Source: Lama glama
Taxonomy: Eukaryota
NCBI GenBank assembly: GCA_028534125.1
Contig: CM052818.1
Location: forward strand, 9,426,001-9,490,000
DNA length: 64,000 bases
Direction of reading: 5' to 3'
This document shows positions 52,117 to 64,000 of the stretch, one piece after another. Position 1 is the first letter of the stretch; every line of letters begins with the position of its first letter. The position numbers and the translations under genes are program-made. Below the pieces are notes generated by a model that saw only the letters and a program-made list of their open reading frames with translations, was not told where the DNA came from and made no database searches.

Positions 52117-53882
52117 GTAATTTTTTTTAATTCCACATTATCAGAATGAATTTCAGGCTTTCTTATTGCTGATATGTCCAAAAGTATTCTTAAAATTGAA
52201 GTTTTTCTTGGGGACAGGTAGAAAGCATAACTTACAAAAGTGAAGGGTTAATTACAGAAGTAATTTTTATTCATTATATGTTCCATTTCGCCGTTGAATA
52301 GGCAATGTAGGTTCCTGGTAAATATTGCAAAATTTTAAAAATCATAAGACTCTGAGAAGATATGCATGAATAAGACTCTGTAGACAGAATTTCATCTCTA
52401 AGAAAGTATTACTATGATTGAAATGGCAGACCAACACTACCAGAAAAAGTTTCACTAAAACCCTCAACAAGAACATCGAATAATCTCTCATAGTTGAATC
52501 AAGTTGAGTCATTTGTTTCATTTGCTGTTTTTTTTTCTTCCTGGACTAGGAGACAGTATTTTAATTTTGAATTTCCATTTACCATGGAAACATGATCAAA
52601 AAATTCTGTGTTAATGAATATCTATATAATTAATTTAGACATACCCTGTGTAATACAGAAATAAAGCAAATTAACATTTATGAATATATCGACTGAATTG
52701 AAAGGTGAGTAGATAGTTTTAATTAAGAAATTCTGTTTGTTAAAAATCATGAGTAAATGTAAAAGTACAAAGAACTGTGTTAAAAAATTGTTAAAATTAA
52801 TAACTTCTTTCAACTTCAGAGCTTAGTTTGATAATGAAAAACTTATACGATTGATATATATTGGCATTTTCTTAAAATACTAGGAAATACTGAATAATAG
52901 TTTTTCCACACATAACATGACTCCATGATTTAAAACATTTAGGCGTTACAAAATTCTTTATTTTGATTCTGATTGTAATTTATGGAAATTCTACTTTAAA
53001 AATTCCTTGTGTTTTTAAAGAATGTGTAAGGGAACTAAAAGTTTTTTGTGCAGAAACTTCACACTGCCTCGTAACCTTTATCACTTTAAAAAAATAAAAA
53101 TAAAAAAGCAAATGTGATATGTCTTACTCAAATTAATACAAAATTATTACATACTCATTATAAAATTCAGATATTGTGCTAAAATAATACTGTAGAAAAT
53201 CAGTCTTTATAATCCATCTTTTCCTATCAGATATATTTACTGTTAATGATATGATAGGTATTTTTCTAAAATTTTCTCTATGCTGTGGGGTCTACAAACT
53301 ACAAACCAAAGATCCTGTTGGTTCAAGCCCTTAGTCCTCATATAGTGTTACCAATATTTGAAAAATGAGAACTTGTTTTAATAGTCTTTAAAAATAAATT
53401 GTTCCTAGGATTCAGTGGTGCATTTTATAAGTTTAATGAATTTCAGTTTAAAAATCCCTTCTCAGACGTACAAATTTTTCTCTAACTCAGAAAAATTGAT
53501 TGCAGTATCCTTGATAGAAATCTTTGTGCTTGTTCTTATTACTCTTAAAGTTAGTACTGGTTTTAACTAATTAATGTAAATATTTGTATTATGGGTGGCA
53601 AGTAAAGAAACTAGGAAACCAATAGAATTGAATATTCAAAAACTAAGAGCTAGTTTAAAAATTATCCAGGAATTTTCATGCAAATCCTTGTGTAGTATCA
53701 TTGTACAATTTCAAATGCTTAACGTGTTTAGTGCTACTCCCAATTTAAAACTGCCTAACGTTTATAAAATGACAATATAAAGTAATTATTGTATTTGTGT
53801 ATTCCTTATGTTAAGAGAGTAAATAAAAGTGTCTTTTTAAAGGGACTTTCTTTTTAAAAAGAGATAAGGTTATAATCTTAAA

Positions 53883-54050
53883 CAGGAGTTCTCAACCAGA
53901 AGCGATTTTGTCTCCCAGGGAACATTAGGTAATGTCTGGAGACAGTTTGGACTATCAGACAGCTTAAGGGAGAAGATAGTGCTATTGGCATACAAAAGGT
54001 AGAGGGCCCTGCCAAACATCTTACAGTGCTCATAACAAAGAATTATCTCA
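53883..54050 (+). mobile_element. MER20-like MITE
   Basis: caggagttctcaacc...gattttgtctcccagggaacattaggtaatgtctggagaca. Confidence 0.75.
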
Positions 54051-54798
54051 GACTTATCTAGAAGATTAAGATTACTCTTTTGCTTATAGAAGCTGAACAT
54101 TGAATCATTTCCAAGAAATCAAGTCCATTTACTTCCTTATCTGTCCTCTTTTTATTCCAGAATTGCTGATTAGTTTTAGACACTGATAATTTTTTTCTTA
54201 ACTGAATTCAGGTACCCTGGATCCTGTCTTCAACAACTGAAAATCAGTTATAAAATTAACAAATATTTAGTGAGCGTCATGCTAGATGCCTGTCTCCTTT
54301 GAAGTATTAATCTTTATACCTCATTTAATCTTTTAACTCATTTTATGATTTTTAGCAGTCATGGAATCAGCTATCAAGTTGTTAGGCTGGTTAACATATA
54401 TTTACTAGAATATAGTTCTGTCTTTGAAAAGTATTTCCTAATACCTTTTTTCCTCTTCTGAATGTAGGAATGACAACTTGCCATTTCACTTACTGGATTA
54501 GTTTATTTAAATTCCTCCTGCTTTTGCTACTCCCCTGGGCCTCCTTCTTTTTTAAAGTAAATAATGTTCTTAATGGGATTTTTTTTCCTCAGTAATTTTT
54601 CTTGAAAATTATTTTTTAAGGAACTCTTGGCTTTATTTACATATTTAAGTTTGATTTAATGTGATGAAAAGTGTTGTAAATTGTAATGTGCTAGAATCTT
54701 TTGTGGGTTTTTTCATTTTGTAAAATAGTAAAAACTTTTGTAACATTAAAATGATTTAAAATGATATTCTTCCTCTGTGTGGTTTTTGTGTGTTTTAG

Positions 54799-54925
54799 GT
54801 TTGCATATCACCTCAGACAGTGGCAAATTGAAGGCACTGGTATTAGTAGTCATTTGAAAGCACTGAGTGACAAACAGTCCCTGCCGCTAAGGGTTGTATG
54901 CCAGCCAGCTGGACTTCCTGACAAG
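54799..54925 (+). CDS. USP34: USP34 window exon 21 (127 nt)
   Basis: tttag|G...AAG|gtaggt; FAYHLRQWQIEGTGISSHLKALSDKQSLPLRVVCQPAGLPDK. Confidence 0.94.
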
Positions 54926-55021
54926 GTAGGTATATAATTTTAGTTTCCAAATTGATAACATTTCCCAGTTCAAATGTATGTTCTTTTTGTATTTTTAAAT
55001 TGGTTGCATCTCATATTTCAG

Positions 55022-55169
55022 ATGACTATTGAAATGTATCCTAGTGACCAGGTAGCAGATCTTAGGGCTGAAGTAACTCATTGGTATGAAAATTTACAGA
55101 AAGAACAAATAAATCAACAAGCTCAGCTTCAGGAGTTTGGTCAAAGCAGCCGAAAGGGAGAGTTTCCTG
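55022..55169 (+). CDS. USP34: USP34 window exon 22 (148 nt)
   Basis: ttcag|ATG...CCTG|gtaagt; MTIEMYPSDQVADLRAEVTHWYENLQKEQINQQAQLQEFGQSSRKGEFP(G). Confidence 0.95.
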
Positions 55170-56082
55170 GTAAGTCCATCAGTTCAAATTTTCATATTTT
55201 CTAGGTTCTATTATATGTCAACTTTAAATCTTTACTTCTTTGGAGACTATCAGCCATGTTCATGGCTCGCACCTCCCCCACCTTCCCCTACCCTTGCTAT
55301 GGTGCTACTGATCTTTAGGCAAGAGTTAATAGTTTCTTCAGGTGTTATTTGCAAACATTTGTCTTCATTTTTTTTTTAGAAAAATTCTGCTTTTGGAAGT
55401 TATTTGAGAAACAATGTGGTAATTAATGTTTGTGTACATACACTGCCCACTACTCAGTTTTACCCAATAATTTTTTTTGGCCATTTTGATTTATTTTGTT
55501 CTTTTTTTTAAGCACATAAAAATAACACACCCATGTGCATCTACCCTTCTCTCCAAAAAGGTATCATATTAAAAATTTTTTCATGTGGGCCTGAAAGATA
55601 TATTTGATTCCTTCCTTACTATTAAACCACTAGTGCATTTTTAGTGTCTTTCCGTACATGTAAGAGCTAATCAGAGGAACAACCACGAAAGCTGTTAATT
55701 TTTACAGACAATTTAAGGGTCTGAAATTAAAGCAGGATAAATATATATTTAGGAAAAAAGTCTTCAAGTATGAGGCTTCTTTGTAGGACTTTTAACCTGT
55801 CTCTGTGCAGAGTGATAATTCTTTTGCATCTTTTAGTAAGGTGCCAGTAATTTTACTACAGTATGCCTAAGATGAAAGCATCTGTGTCTTCTAAAGTTTA
55901 TCAGATCTTAAATTTTGTTCTTGAGTAATTAATAAGTATTCTTGGTACAGAAGAGTAGATGTTGAAAAGTCTCCATCCTACCCCTATCTCTAAACCACCC
56001 ATTTTGCTTCTCCTGAGGCAAATTTTCTTATATAAATCTTCAAGAGATACCAAGATATAATGTAAGAATATTTGTATATATA

Positions 56083-56307
56083 TAGTTGAGCCTTGAATTG
56101 CATGGGGGTTAAGGGTGCCAGTCTTCCACACAGTCAAAACTTTGTGTATAACTTACTGTTGGCTCTCTGTAGCTGTGGTTCTTTGTAACCATGGTTCATA
56201 GATTCAACCAACTGAGAATTGTGTTGTACTATAGTTTTAATATTGAAAAAAATCTGTTTGTAAATGGGTCTGCATAGTTCAAACCTGTGTTGTTCAAAGG
56301 TCAACTA
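56083..56307 (+). mobile_element. Tigger2-derived MITE (same family as 23537-23737)
   Basis: TIRs tagttgagccttgaa ... ttgttcaaaggtcaacta; TA flanks. Confidence 0.82.
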
Positions 56308-57539
56308 TACACTTAAAACACAAATGTAGCATTCCAGTTATACTCTGCTACTCTTTGCCTGTAATGCTTAACATTATCTTAGAGAACATTCCATATTAGT
56401 ACATATAGAAAGTTACCTCATTATTTTTAAGATGTGCATCGTCCATAATATGGTAGTACCATGATTTATTTTACTTATTCTCTATTAATGGACATTTAGG
56501 TTGTCTCCATTCTTTTGGTATTACGGTGTTTTAGAGAGGATCCTTAATATATACATTAGCTAGTACATGTTGGCTAAATACCTAGCTAGGGAATTTTCAG
56601 GTCGAAAAGTATCTGTTTTGATTACATTGAAATGTACATAAAGAAAAGAATGTGAAATGAGTAATAATAAAATGAAAACCACCAATGTGCCTACCACCCA
56701 GATTAAGAACTGGATGTTATTAGTAGCTAGTTGTATGTCTTTCCCTGATAGCATCCTTTCAGCTTCCCCTTAACAGTATCTTGATTTTTTTGGCTTTTTT
56801 TTTTTTTTTGGTGTTCTTTGTAAGTTTTACCTCCAGTATACATATTCCTAAACAGTGTATTTAATTTTGTGAAAGAGATAAGCAAGCACAAACTTGATGG
56901 ATTAGGTAAAAGGGGGAGAACAGCCGCTATGAATAAAGGGTCACAGAAGAAAACAAGTTAAAGAGGGTATACTTTCACCTTTCTTTAAAACCTCATCTGA
57001 GGTTATCAGTGGGAGAATTCTCAAGTATAGGTCTTGGCACAGTGAAGACATATCTTAGTGCTATAATGTTGACAAGATGCTGAAATATCTAATAGAAATT
57101 ACTGTCAAGAGTCTTTTCTGATCTCTTCATGATGTACTTTAGCTCTTAGGAGTAGATGAAAAGAGAATTTCTTCTCTGAGGTAATATGAGTGTCTTCTGC
57201 TGATTTAAGCAGAATCAGAGAGTAGAAACTTCACTAGCATATGGTAAAGAGAGTCCAGATACAGATATGAATCTGGGCCAGATTCCCTTGCCATTCTTTG
57301 CTTGGACAGAGAGGGTATTATGAAGGCAGTAGAGATTGTGGCCCTCAGTAATGGATTTTTCTAGTCACACTGATCCTATTGGTTGTCCTCCAGTTGTTGA
57401 ATTGTGCTCAGCAGTTGAGTATGCTGTATCAGCCTCCTGATAATTCTGTCTGTCTGTCTCCTATGTTAAATATACTGTTTCTGATATTCCATGCCTTCTT
57501 TATTGCCCCCCTAGTCCTTTTTTTTTTTTTTTTTGGCTG

Positions 57540-58980
57540 AAATACAATGTGACTGTCCAGTAGCTTCCTGAGAGAAGGTTGATATGGGGTAAAGATTTTG
57601 ATTCTTTGAATGATCAAAAATATATTTCTTATGTTTTCATACTTTATGGTATGGTAATTTGGCTGGGTATAGAATTCTAGATGGGAAATAATTTTGTTTT
57701 AGAATTTTCGAGGTATTGCTGCATTGTTTTGTGATTCTGTTGTTGATATGTAGAATTCTGAAGCCATTTTGATTTCTGATATTTTAAAACCTAGTTTAGA
57801 GCTTAGTGGATCTTCTTACTCCTAATGTTCTGAGGTTTTATAATACTAGGTCTGAGTATGGCTCTGTTTTCAACAATTGTGATAAGTACTTTTGTATTTA
57901 GGTATTTAGTGGGCCCTTTTAGTTTGGCAGTTTTAAGTTTGGGGAAATTTTCTTGAATTACTGATTTTCTGTCTTCCATTTTATCATTTCTCTTTTTCTA
58001 GAAATTCTTTATCTACATGTTTTTTCTCTTGAATTGTTCCTAACTTACTTCTCTTTTTCTTTCCTATGTTTTGTTTCTTTGGGTCTTAACTTCTGGAGAG
58101 ATGTTCTCAACGTTATTTTGCAACCTTTTTGAGTTTTTCATTTTTGCTGTCATGCTTTTTAATATCTAACATCTTTTGGTTGTTATTGGACTATTCTTAT
58201 TTTCCTAGTTGAAATGTTTTTTGAAGATACTGGTATTTTTTCTTTTAATTGTTGACTTTTGTAATCTAGACTCTTGCTACCTGCACTTTAATTAGAATGG
58301 TTAGCTGTTTACCCAATTGTTTTCTATTAATCTCACCTTTTACCCTCTTTTACCTTACATTTGTCATTACAATACCATTCTAGCATTCTTCAGTTCTATA
58401 TATAGATTAAAATTTCCATTTACTTTCTTTTTTTTTTTTTTTCCTCTTCCTAATCAACTTCCTTTAAAAATGTTTATACTGCAGGTCTGGTGATGAATTT
58501 CCTCAAGCTTTTTATTTTGTCTGAAAAAAAATTTACTGCCTTCATTTTTGAAGGACATTTTCAATACATTCAGAATTCTAGGTTAAGAACTTTTTTCTTT
58601 CAAGACTTTATAAAAGTTTTCCCATTATCATTTGGCTTACAAAGTCTTCTGTCTTTCATGCTTTGTATACAGTATGTCTCAACATTGTTTGGTTTGAAAA
58701 TATTTTTCTTTAATGTTGATTTTCACAGGTTTGATTATTGATGTGCCTTGTTATATCTTTATGTTTATGCAGTTTGGGTTTAGTCCAGCTTCTTTGGTTT
58801 GTGTATTTATAACATTTATCAAATTTGGAAAAGGTTAGCAATTAAATAAAAGGTTATGAATTACATATTTTTTCAAATTTTTTTTCTTTTCCCTTATTCC
58901 TCACCATAGTTTCTGGGCCTCTAATTAAATGTATCTTAGACTGTCAGTGTGTTTCACATATCACTGAGGTGCTGTTCTTT
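57540..58980 (-). mobile_element. Old antisense LINE-1 fragments
   Basis: ttggctgggtatagaattctag; gcaggtctggtgatgaatttcctcaagcttttt; atcaaatttggaaa motifs. Confidence 0.65.
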
Positions 58981-59075
58981 TCCTTTTCTTCTTTATTTTT
59001 TTTTTCTCTTCTCCTTTTCTCTTTTTCTTTCCCTTCTCTTTCTCCCCCTTCCTTCCCTCTTCTCTTTCACTCCTT
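58975..59075 (+). repeat. Polypyrimidine low-complexity tract
   Basis: ~100 nt almost entirely C/T. Confidence 0.85.
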
Positions 59076-59486
59076 TGTGAAATGGTGATCTTTCTCCTGT
59101 GCTAAATCAGTATAAATTGGATTGTAAGTTATAAATTCATCTCTGGTTTGGGATTTATCTTTTGGAGGTCTTGCTAGTTACTGTAAGTTCATTTTGGTTT
59201 CCAGCTTGCAAACTTGGTTGATACTTTTTCCTTTTTTTCCCTGTCAGACGTACGTAAAATTTAAAAAATTTAGTTTACTGGCATTTCAGAAGGTAAAAAT
59301 CAGATGTGTGTTGTTTAATATACTACTATAACCTAAAGAATTTTTAAGATTTCTCGTTTCTTTTTCTTTGAAATATGCAGTGCATTAAGATTTTATATTT
59401 TTAAAAGGATAGTAACTTTTCCCAGAGCTTTTACGGAATAAGCAATTTTTAGGTTAAAAAAGATCCTCTCAAAAGTAGTAGAAGAT

Positions 59487-59535
59487 GACACAACATTGTA
59501 AAATGACTATAACTCAATAAAAAATATTAAAATAA
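59487..59535 (+). mobile_element. Ultra-short (49 nt) LINE-1 3'-tail insertion
   Basis: 16-bp perfect TSD aaaagtagtagaagat (59471-59486, 59536-59551); insert homologous to the L1 terminus at 46262-46310. Confidence 0.88.
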
Positions 59536-61972
59536 AAAAGTAGTAGAAGATACAGAGCTGCTCAGTTAACTGTAAAAACCAACTTAGCCATTATAATTGA
59601 ACATTAACATGTTAAGCACACAATGTGTAGGCCTATCTCACATATCAAATAGAGCCCAAAATAAACTACTAGCCATCTTCGTTCTATTTTGGAACAGTTA
59701 TGCATGCTTAGGGTATCTAACAAACTAGGAAGCAAATCAGCTCTATATTTTCTTAGTCCCTTGGATATTTTATTAAAACAAAGAATATTTTCTCTCACTG
59801 TTTACTGTAAGATCAGCAAGCATAGGTTGTATCAGATTATCTCAATAGCATAGAAAAGAAATTTAATAAAAATCTACCAAAATGTTGGAAGTTCAATATA
59901 GACTTTCTGTTCATCTAGTAGCCTATGTTTTTCTTAAGCACTGACTTTGTATTATATGAAATGATTTGGATAAAACACTATATCAGAAGAGGGAACTCAG
60001 TTATAATTTATGGGTAATATGATGAATAGAAAACTAAAGAAATCAAGTGCATTGTAGCAATTCAAAAATTAGTTGGGGTACTGTTAATATGAGGTCTTTG
60101 TTGCATATATGAGAATAAAACCCTTTGGGACATATAAATGAACAGCCGAGTAAGTGGTTTTACCTAGCGTGTGTCTATACAAAATATTATAGAGGTGCCA
60201 AGTTAATTGCTTAATATATTTTACCTAGATCTGAATGGAATTTTTATTTAATTGGATGAAATTATTACAAATAATAAACCGTGTGAATTAACTGCAAAGG
60301 ATCAGAAGTTCTGAGAGGAAAACCCAAAAGGATAATAGATGAATTTCAATACCAGCTATTATACGTTTAAAAACTATAATAATAATATCTCATGAAGAAC
60401 TGTTAAATACAATACGTAACCAAGTAATAGTTTTATGACATGTTCAGTTTAGGGGCAGAAATAAAAACTGTTTCTCTCTAATATTCAGGGTGAATTTAAA
60501 GTATTTTTTGCACAAGTGTGCACGCTCACACACACAATGAAGTATAGGAAAATTCAGAAGAAATAGGATTGAATATTTATCAAACCATTGGGAGAGCCAA
60601 CATTTCTAGGCTTAGAAATAACAAGAAGGGAAAGAATCTAATACAGCCACACAACAGCTAACAATTTTGCTACACAACAGTCATACTTAAGGAAAACTGC
60701 TGAAATGAACCTTATTGAAGACACTCATTTTCCTTCCTTGTGAATGAAATATTTTTTGATAGAGTTTCTTTTACTTGAGTGGAGGGAAAAGGTAACTTTA
60801 AAATGTTATGTGTCATTAGAGAAACCAGTAGTCCTGCTTCACTCATTCTTGAAAATAGCTGTTTTAGTGCCTATCCAATGGAATTTTCCTACATTGCTAA
60901 TAAAATTGAATAATATTTGAGTTTAATTATTCATCAGATATTTCATTTCACTTAATTTTCCTCCAATTAGGCATTTCCTTTAAAAATTTTTCATTGATTA
61001 AATAATAATTAATTTGAATACCTATTCTAATGCTAGGAGTACTTCTGTGGTTGTAATAAAATCTGTCTTTGTGGAACTGGGATTTTTTTTTTTAATGGGA
61101 GAGAGACAGATACATATATATATATAATGTCAGGCGTTAATAAGTGCTTTAAAGAAAGATTAAGCAGAGTAAGAGATGAATAGTGAGATGCGGCTCTTTA
61201 GATTTAGTAGTTAGGAGGAAGTCCTTTTAAAACTCATATTTGATGAAAAACCTGAAGAAAGTGTAGAAGCGATCCAAGTGATTCTAGGGAGGAACATCTT
61301 AGACCTTGAAATGGGAACATGCTTGGTGTTTTCAAGAAAGAACATACATGGGTAGCTAAAGCATATTTAGGTAGGGATGATGATGGGAAATGAAGTGGAC
61401 GATGCAGGCAGCAAAGAGGACTTTATGCATTCTAGAAATAAACTTCCTCAATCTGTTGAGTTCATTGAATTTACCGTAATCTAGAATGTTGTAGCTCATC
61501 TTTTCATGCCTGAGCTTTGGGTTTTTTTCTGCCTATAATCAATTTTATTTTGTTTTGATGGGTAATTATCAAAAGAAAGAGAGTACTCAATCATTATAAA
61601 TACTTTCTGGTTACTTGTAAACTAAGGTTTAGTTAATGAATCTGGTTCTCCTGCATGTATTGCTGAGGTGAAATGCTGTAGGTTCCTAGAAAGCTCTGTA
61701 GTGTTTGTTACTTGTACAGTTTTTTTATATTACTAAGCAAGCGCGAATTGATTTAATAAAACTGCTGCTGAAAGAGGATTTTCTTGCAGCTTTTACTGTT
61801 GAAGACTGATCTCAGACAACAGAAAATAATGCAGGAAACATTTTTTCCACTTTGCTCAAGAATTACACTTAAGCTTAACGTCCAGTGCATTAATTGCTGT
61901 AACCATGTATTCATGTCAGCAAATTAAGTTAACTTATGAAAATGTTCACTCACATTTCCTGCTGTTTTTAAG

Positions 61973-62073
61973 GAGGCCTTATGGGACCTGTCAGGATGAT
62001 TTCATCTGGACATGAATTAACAACAGATTATGATGAAAAAGCACTTCATGAGCTTGGTTTTAAGGATATGCAG
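61973..62073 (+). CDS. USP34: USP34 window exon 23 (101 nt)
   Basis: ttaag|GA...CAG|gtacac; GLMGPVRMISSGHELTTDYDEKALHELGFKDMQ. Confidence 0.93.
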
Positions 62074-62287
62074 GTACACGTAAATTGGTTTGAGTTTTGA
62101 TCATCTATTGACTGTTATGCACAGTAGTTGAATAAATAGTCAAAGATATAGTTCAAGAACACTTCTTACTGCTTTTGTTGTATTTAAATTATAAGGAAAG
62201 TCATTTTCTATTAGATTTATTAAACCAAAAACTTGATGTATCTAATTATGTGTTAATTTTTTTCCACTGTTGTTCCTATTTTTATAG

Positions 62288-62497
62288 ATGGTATTTGTAT
62301 CTTTGGGTGCACCAAGAAGAGAACGGAAAGGAGAAGGTGTTCAACTGCCAGCATCTTGCCTACCACCCCCACAGAAGGACAACATTCCGATGCTTTTGCT
62401 TTTACAGGAACCTCATTTAACTACTCTTTTTGATTTATTAGAGATGCTTGCATCATTTAAACCACCCTCAGGAAAAGTGGCAGTTGAAGATAGTGAG
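62288..62497 (+). CDS. USP34: USP34 window exon 24 (210 nt)
   Basis: tatag|ATG...GAG|gtgact; MVFVSLGAPRRERKGEGVQLPASCLPPPQKDNIPMLLLLQEPHLTTLFDLLEMLASFKPPSGKVAVEDSE. Confidence 0.95.
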
Positions 62498-62594
62498 GTG
62501 ACTATATCATTTCATTTTCACAAAATCTTTTGTCTTTCTGTTGAGTAGAAAATAGTTTTCTTAGTAGTCTCTTCAAGGCAATAAAACCTAGTAA

Positions 62595-63550
62595 TCCATT
62601 TATTCATTCATTAACTGTTTAAGTGCCTAATATCCAGGCATACAGTTTTAAGTATTATTTTATAAGGATCTAAATAGGCACAGTTTTAGCCTTCATTGAA
62701 TCTAGTGGGGAAGACAGATAATGATACCCTTAACAGATAAAATAGTTCCAAGTAAACTAACAAATCACTAGTTTCCGATAGAGATAGCCGCTGTGACTGA
62801 AGCATAAGGGACTGGTTATAGAGACCCATTTATATTGGTTAGGGCAGGTTTCTCAGAGGGATACCATACATAATTGGAGCCTGAAGGATAAAAGGAGCCT
62901 ACTAAATGAAGAAAATGAGAAATGATCTGGATAGAGTAATCTGATTCCTGAAGCCCTTAATATAAGAAGGCAGGTCTGGGAATTGTTAGAGGGCTAGGAA
63001 ATAAGAGTGTGGAGGGTGGTGGGAGAGTGAAATGAGAGGAATGAGACTGAAGAGATAAGCAGAGCCAAACTGGCCATTACAAGCCATTTTCAGTTTACCC
63101 AAAGTGAAGTGGACAACACTAAAGTATTTTAAGCAGAGGGAGAGACATATGTTCAGATTTTTGTTTTAAAATGGTAAGTTTGTTTTGGCAAGAATTTAAA
63201 AAAGCAGTAAGGAACCTAACAATTAGTCCAAGGAAGAATACCATCTTTTTAGTGATCCCCACAAACTTACTTCTCCAGACCAAACCTCAATCCTTTGAGT
63301 TCCATACTTATATATCCAATTGCTTTCTTGATGCCTCTACTTGATGTCCCACAGGCATCTATTCTTCTTCATCACAAATGGAAACCACCCAGTTGCTCAA
63401 GCCAGAAATCTGTACACCGTCTGTTTTCCTTTCTAAACTAGAGCCTATCCTTTCTCCTAATCCAATCTGCCATCAAATTATGTTGTTTTGACCTGTTGTC
63501 CACTTATTTCCACTGCCACCATTCTGTTTGAGGCACCATCAACTCTTTCA
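62595..63550. mobile_element. L2 remnants (antisense, then sense fragment)
   Basis: tccatttattcattcatt...tctagtggggaagacaga; tatatccaattgc...cagttgctcaagccagaaa. Confidence 0.65.
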
Positions 63551-63940
63551 TGGAAGAATAATAATTTTGAGACTGAGTGGCAAAGAAACTAGTGGTGCTT
63601 TTATGGCTCTCCTATGTTAGGCGAACTGTTCTTTTCTTTTTCAAGAATGATAAGTGAATTTTTTCTGTGTTTCCAAAATGTGTTTGGTTGTGAATGCTGT
63701 TGTAGCTGCTGTTGGGTTGTCTGTTCCTCATAGCCTCATTTCTCTTGTGGTGGGAAGCTCTTAATTCTTAAGAAATGCATTTTTTTCATGCAGAATAATC
63801 AATAATAGATGACCATGAACCTCCATTTCCTCACCTTTTAAATTTTATGCTGTGAATATTTAATGACCTTTTACTTCATGTCAGCACTGTACTGTCAGTT
63901 TAAAAGAGAGAAAGGTAATTACAAGAATCCCAGTTTTCCA

Positions 63941-64000
63941 GGCAGAGGGTAATATAGCTCAGTGGTAGAGTACATGCTTAGTATGCATGAGGTCCTGGGT
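63941..64000 (+). mobile_element. tRNA-derived SINE (vic-1-like), cut by the window end
   Basis: tatagctcagtggtagagtacatgcttagtatgcatgaggtcctgggt. Confidence 0.85.

Larger units (their letters stand above)
2094..62497 (+). other. USP34: USP34 gene body (internal part; 24 coding exons, partial at both ends)
   Basis: 24 exons with canonical AG/GT boundaries and compatible phases join into 3375 nt without a stop. The peptide (e.g. QHHHHHHHHHHHHDGHMVDDMLSADD, MTIEMYPSDQVADLRAEV) is recognisable as mammalian USP34. Confidence 0.97.

Noticed and set aside
36440..54670. Scattered TGATGA (box C-like) motifs as possible intronic snoRNAs
   Set aside because: I found no correctly spaced CTGA box with a terminal stem; an Rfam/snoscan search would be needed.
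56865..57430. Unassigned GC-richer segment between old L1 fragments
   Set aside because: Possibly a decayed LTR, but I found no TSD or recognisable termini.
63941..64000. tRNA-like sequence (also antisense at 6612, 33547, 34790)
   Set aside because: Has A and B boxes, but the family members carry AT-rich tails, TSDs and divergence; these are SINEs, not tRNA genes.

Overview
Mammalian genomic DNA, AT-rich and CpG-poor. It is most likely camelid, inferred from vic-1-like tRNA-derived SINEs and no recognisable Alu, Bov-tA or PRE-1. The whole window lies inside the + strand gene USP34 (ubiquitin-specific peptidase 34). I traced 24 consecutive internal coding exons (2094-62497, all GT-AG) that splice into one open frame of 3375 nt / 1125 codons. 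These cover a helical region, a Ser/acidic/poly-His low-complexity region and a probable ubiquitin-like segment. The start codon, catalytic USP domain and stop codon lie outside the window. The introns are filled with L1, L2, MIR, an MLT1 LTR, Tigger and hAT-Charlie MITEs and lineage-specific SINEs, and there is a 500-N gap at 33942-34441. I see no evidence for a new gene system. The best finding is a young L1 insertion with a 17-bp TSD that appears to carry a ~290-nt 3' transduction from a source element lacking its own 3' end. Also notable are an older duplication/insertion structure at 8.9-10.1 kb, a 26-nt perfect palindrome covering a 3' splice site, and a few candidate cryptic exons. Repeat family names come from recall of consensus sequences, not from a database search.
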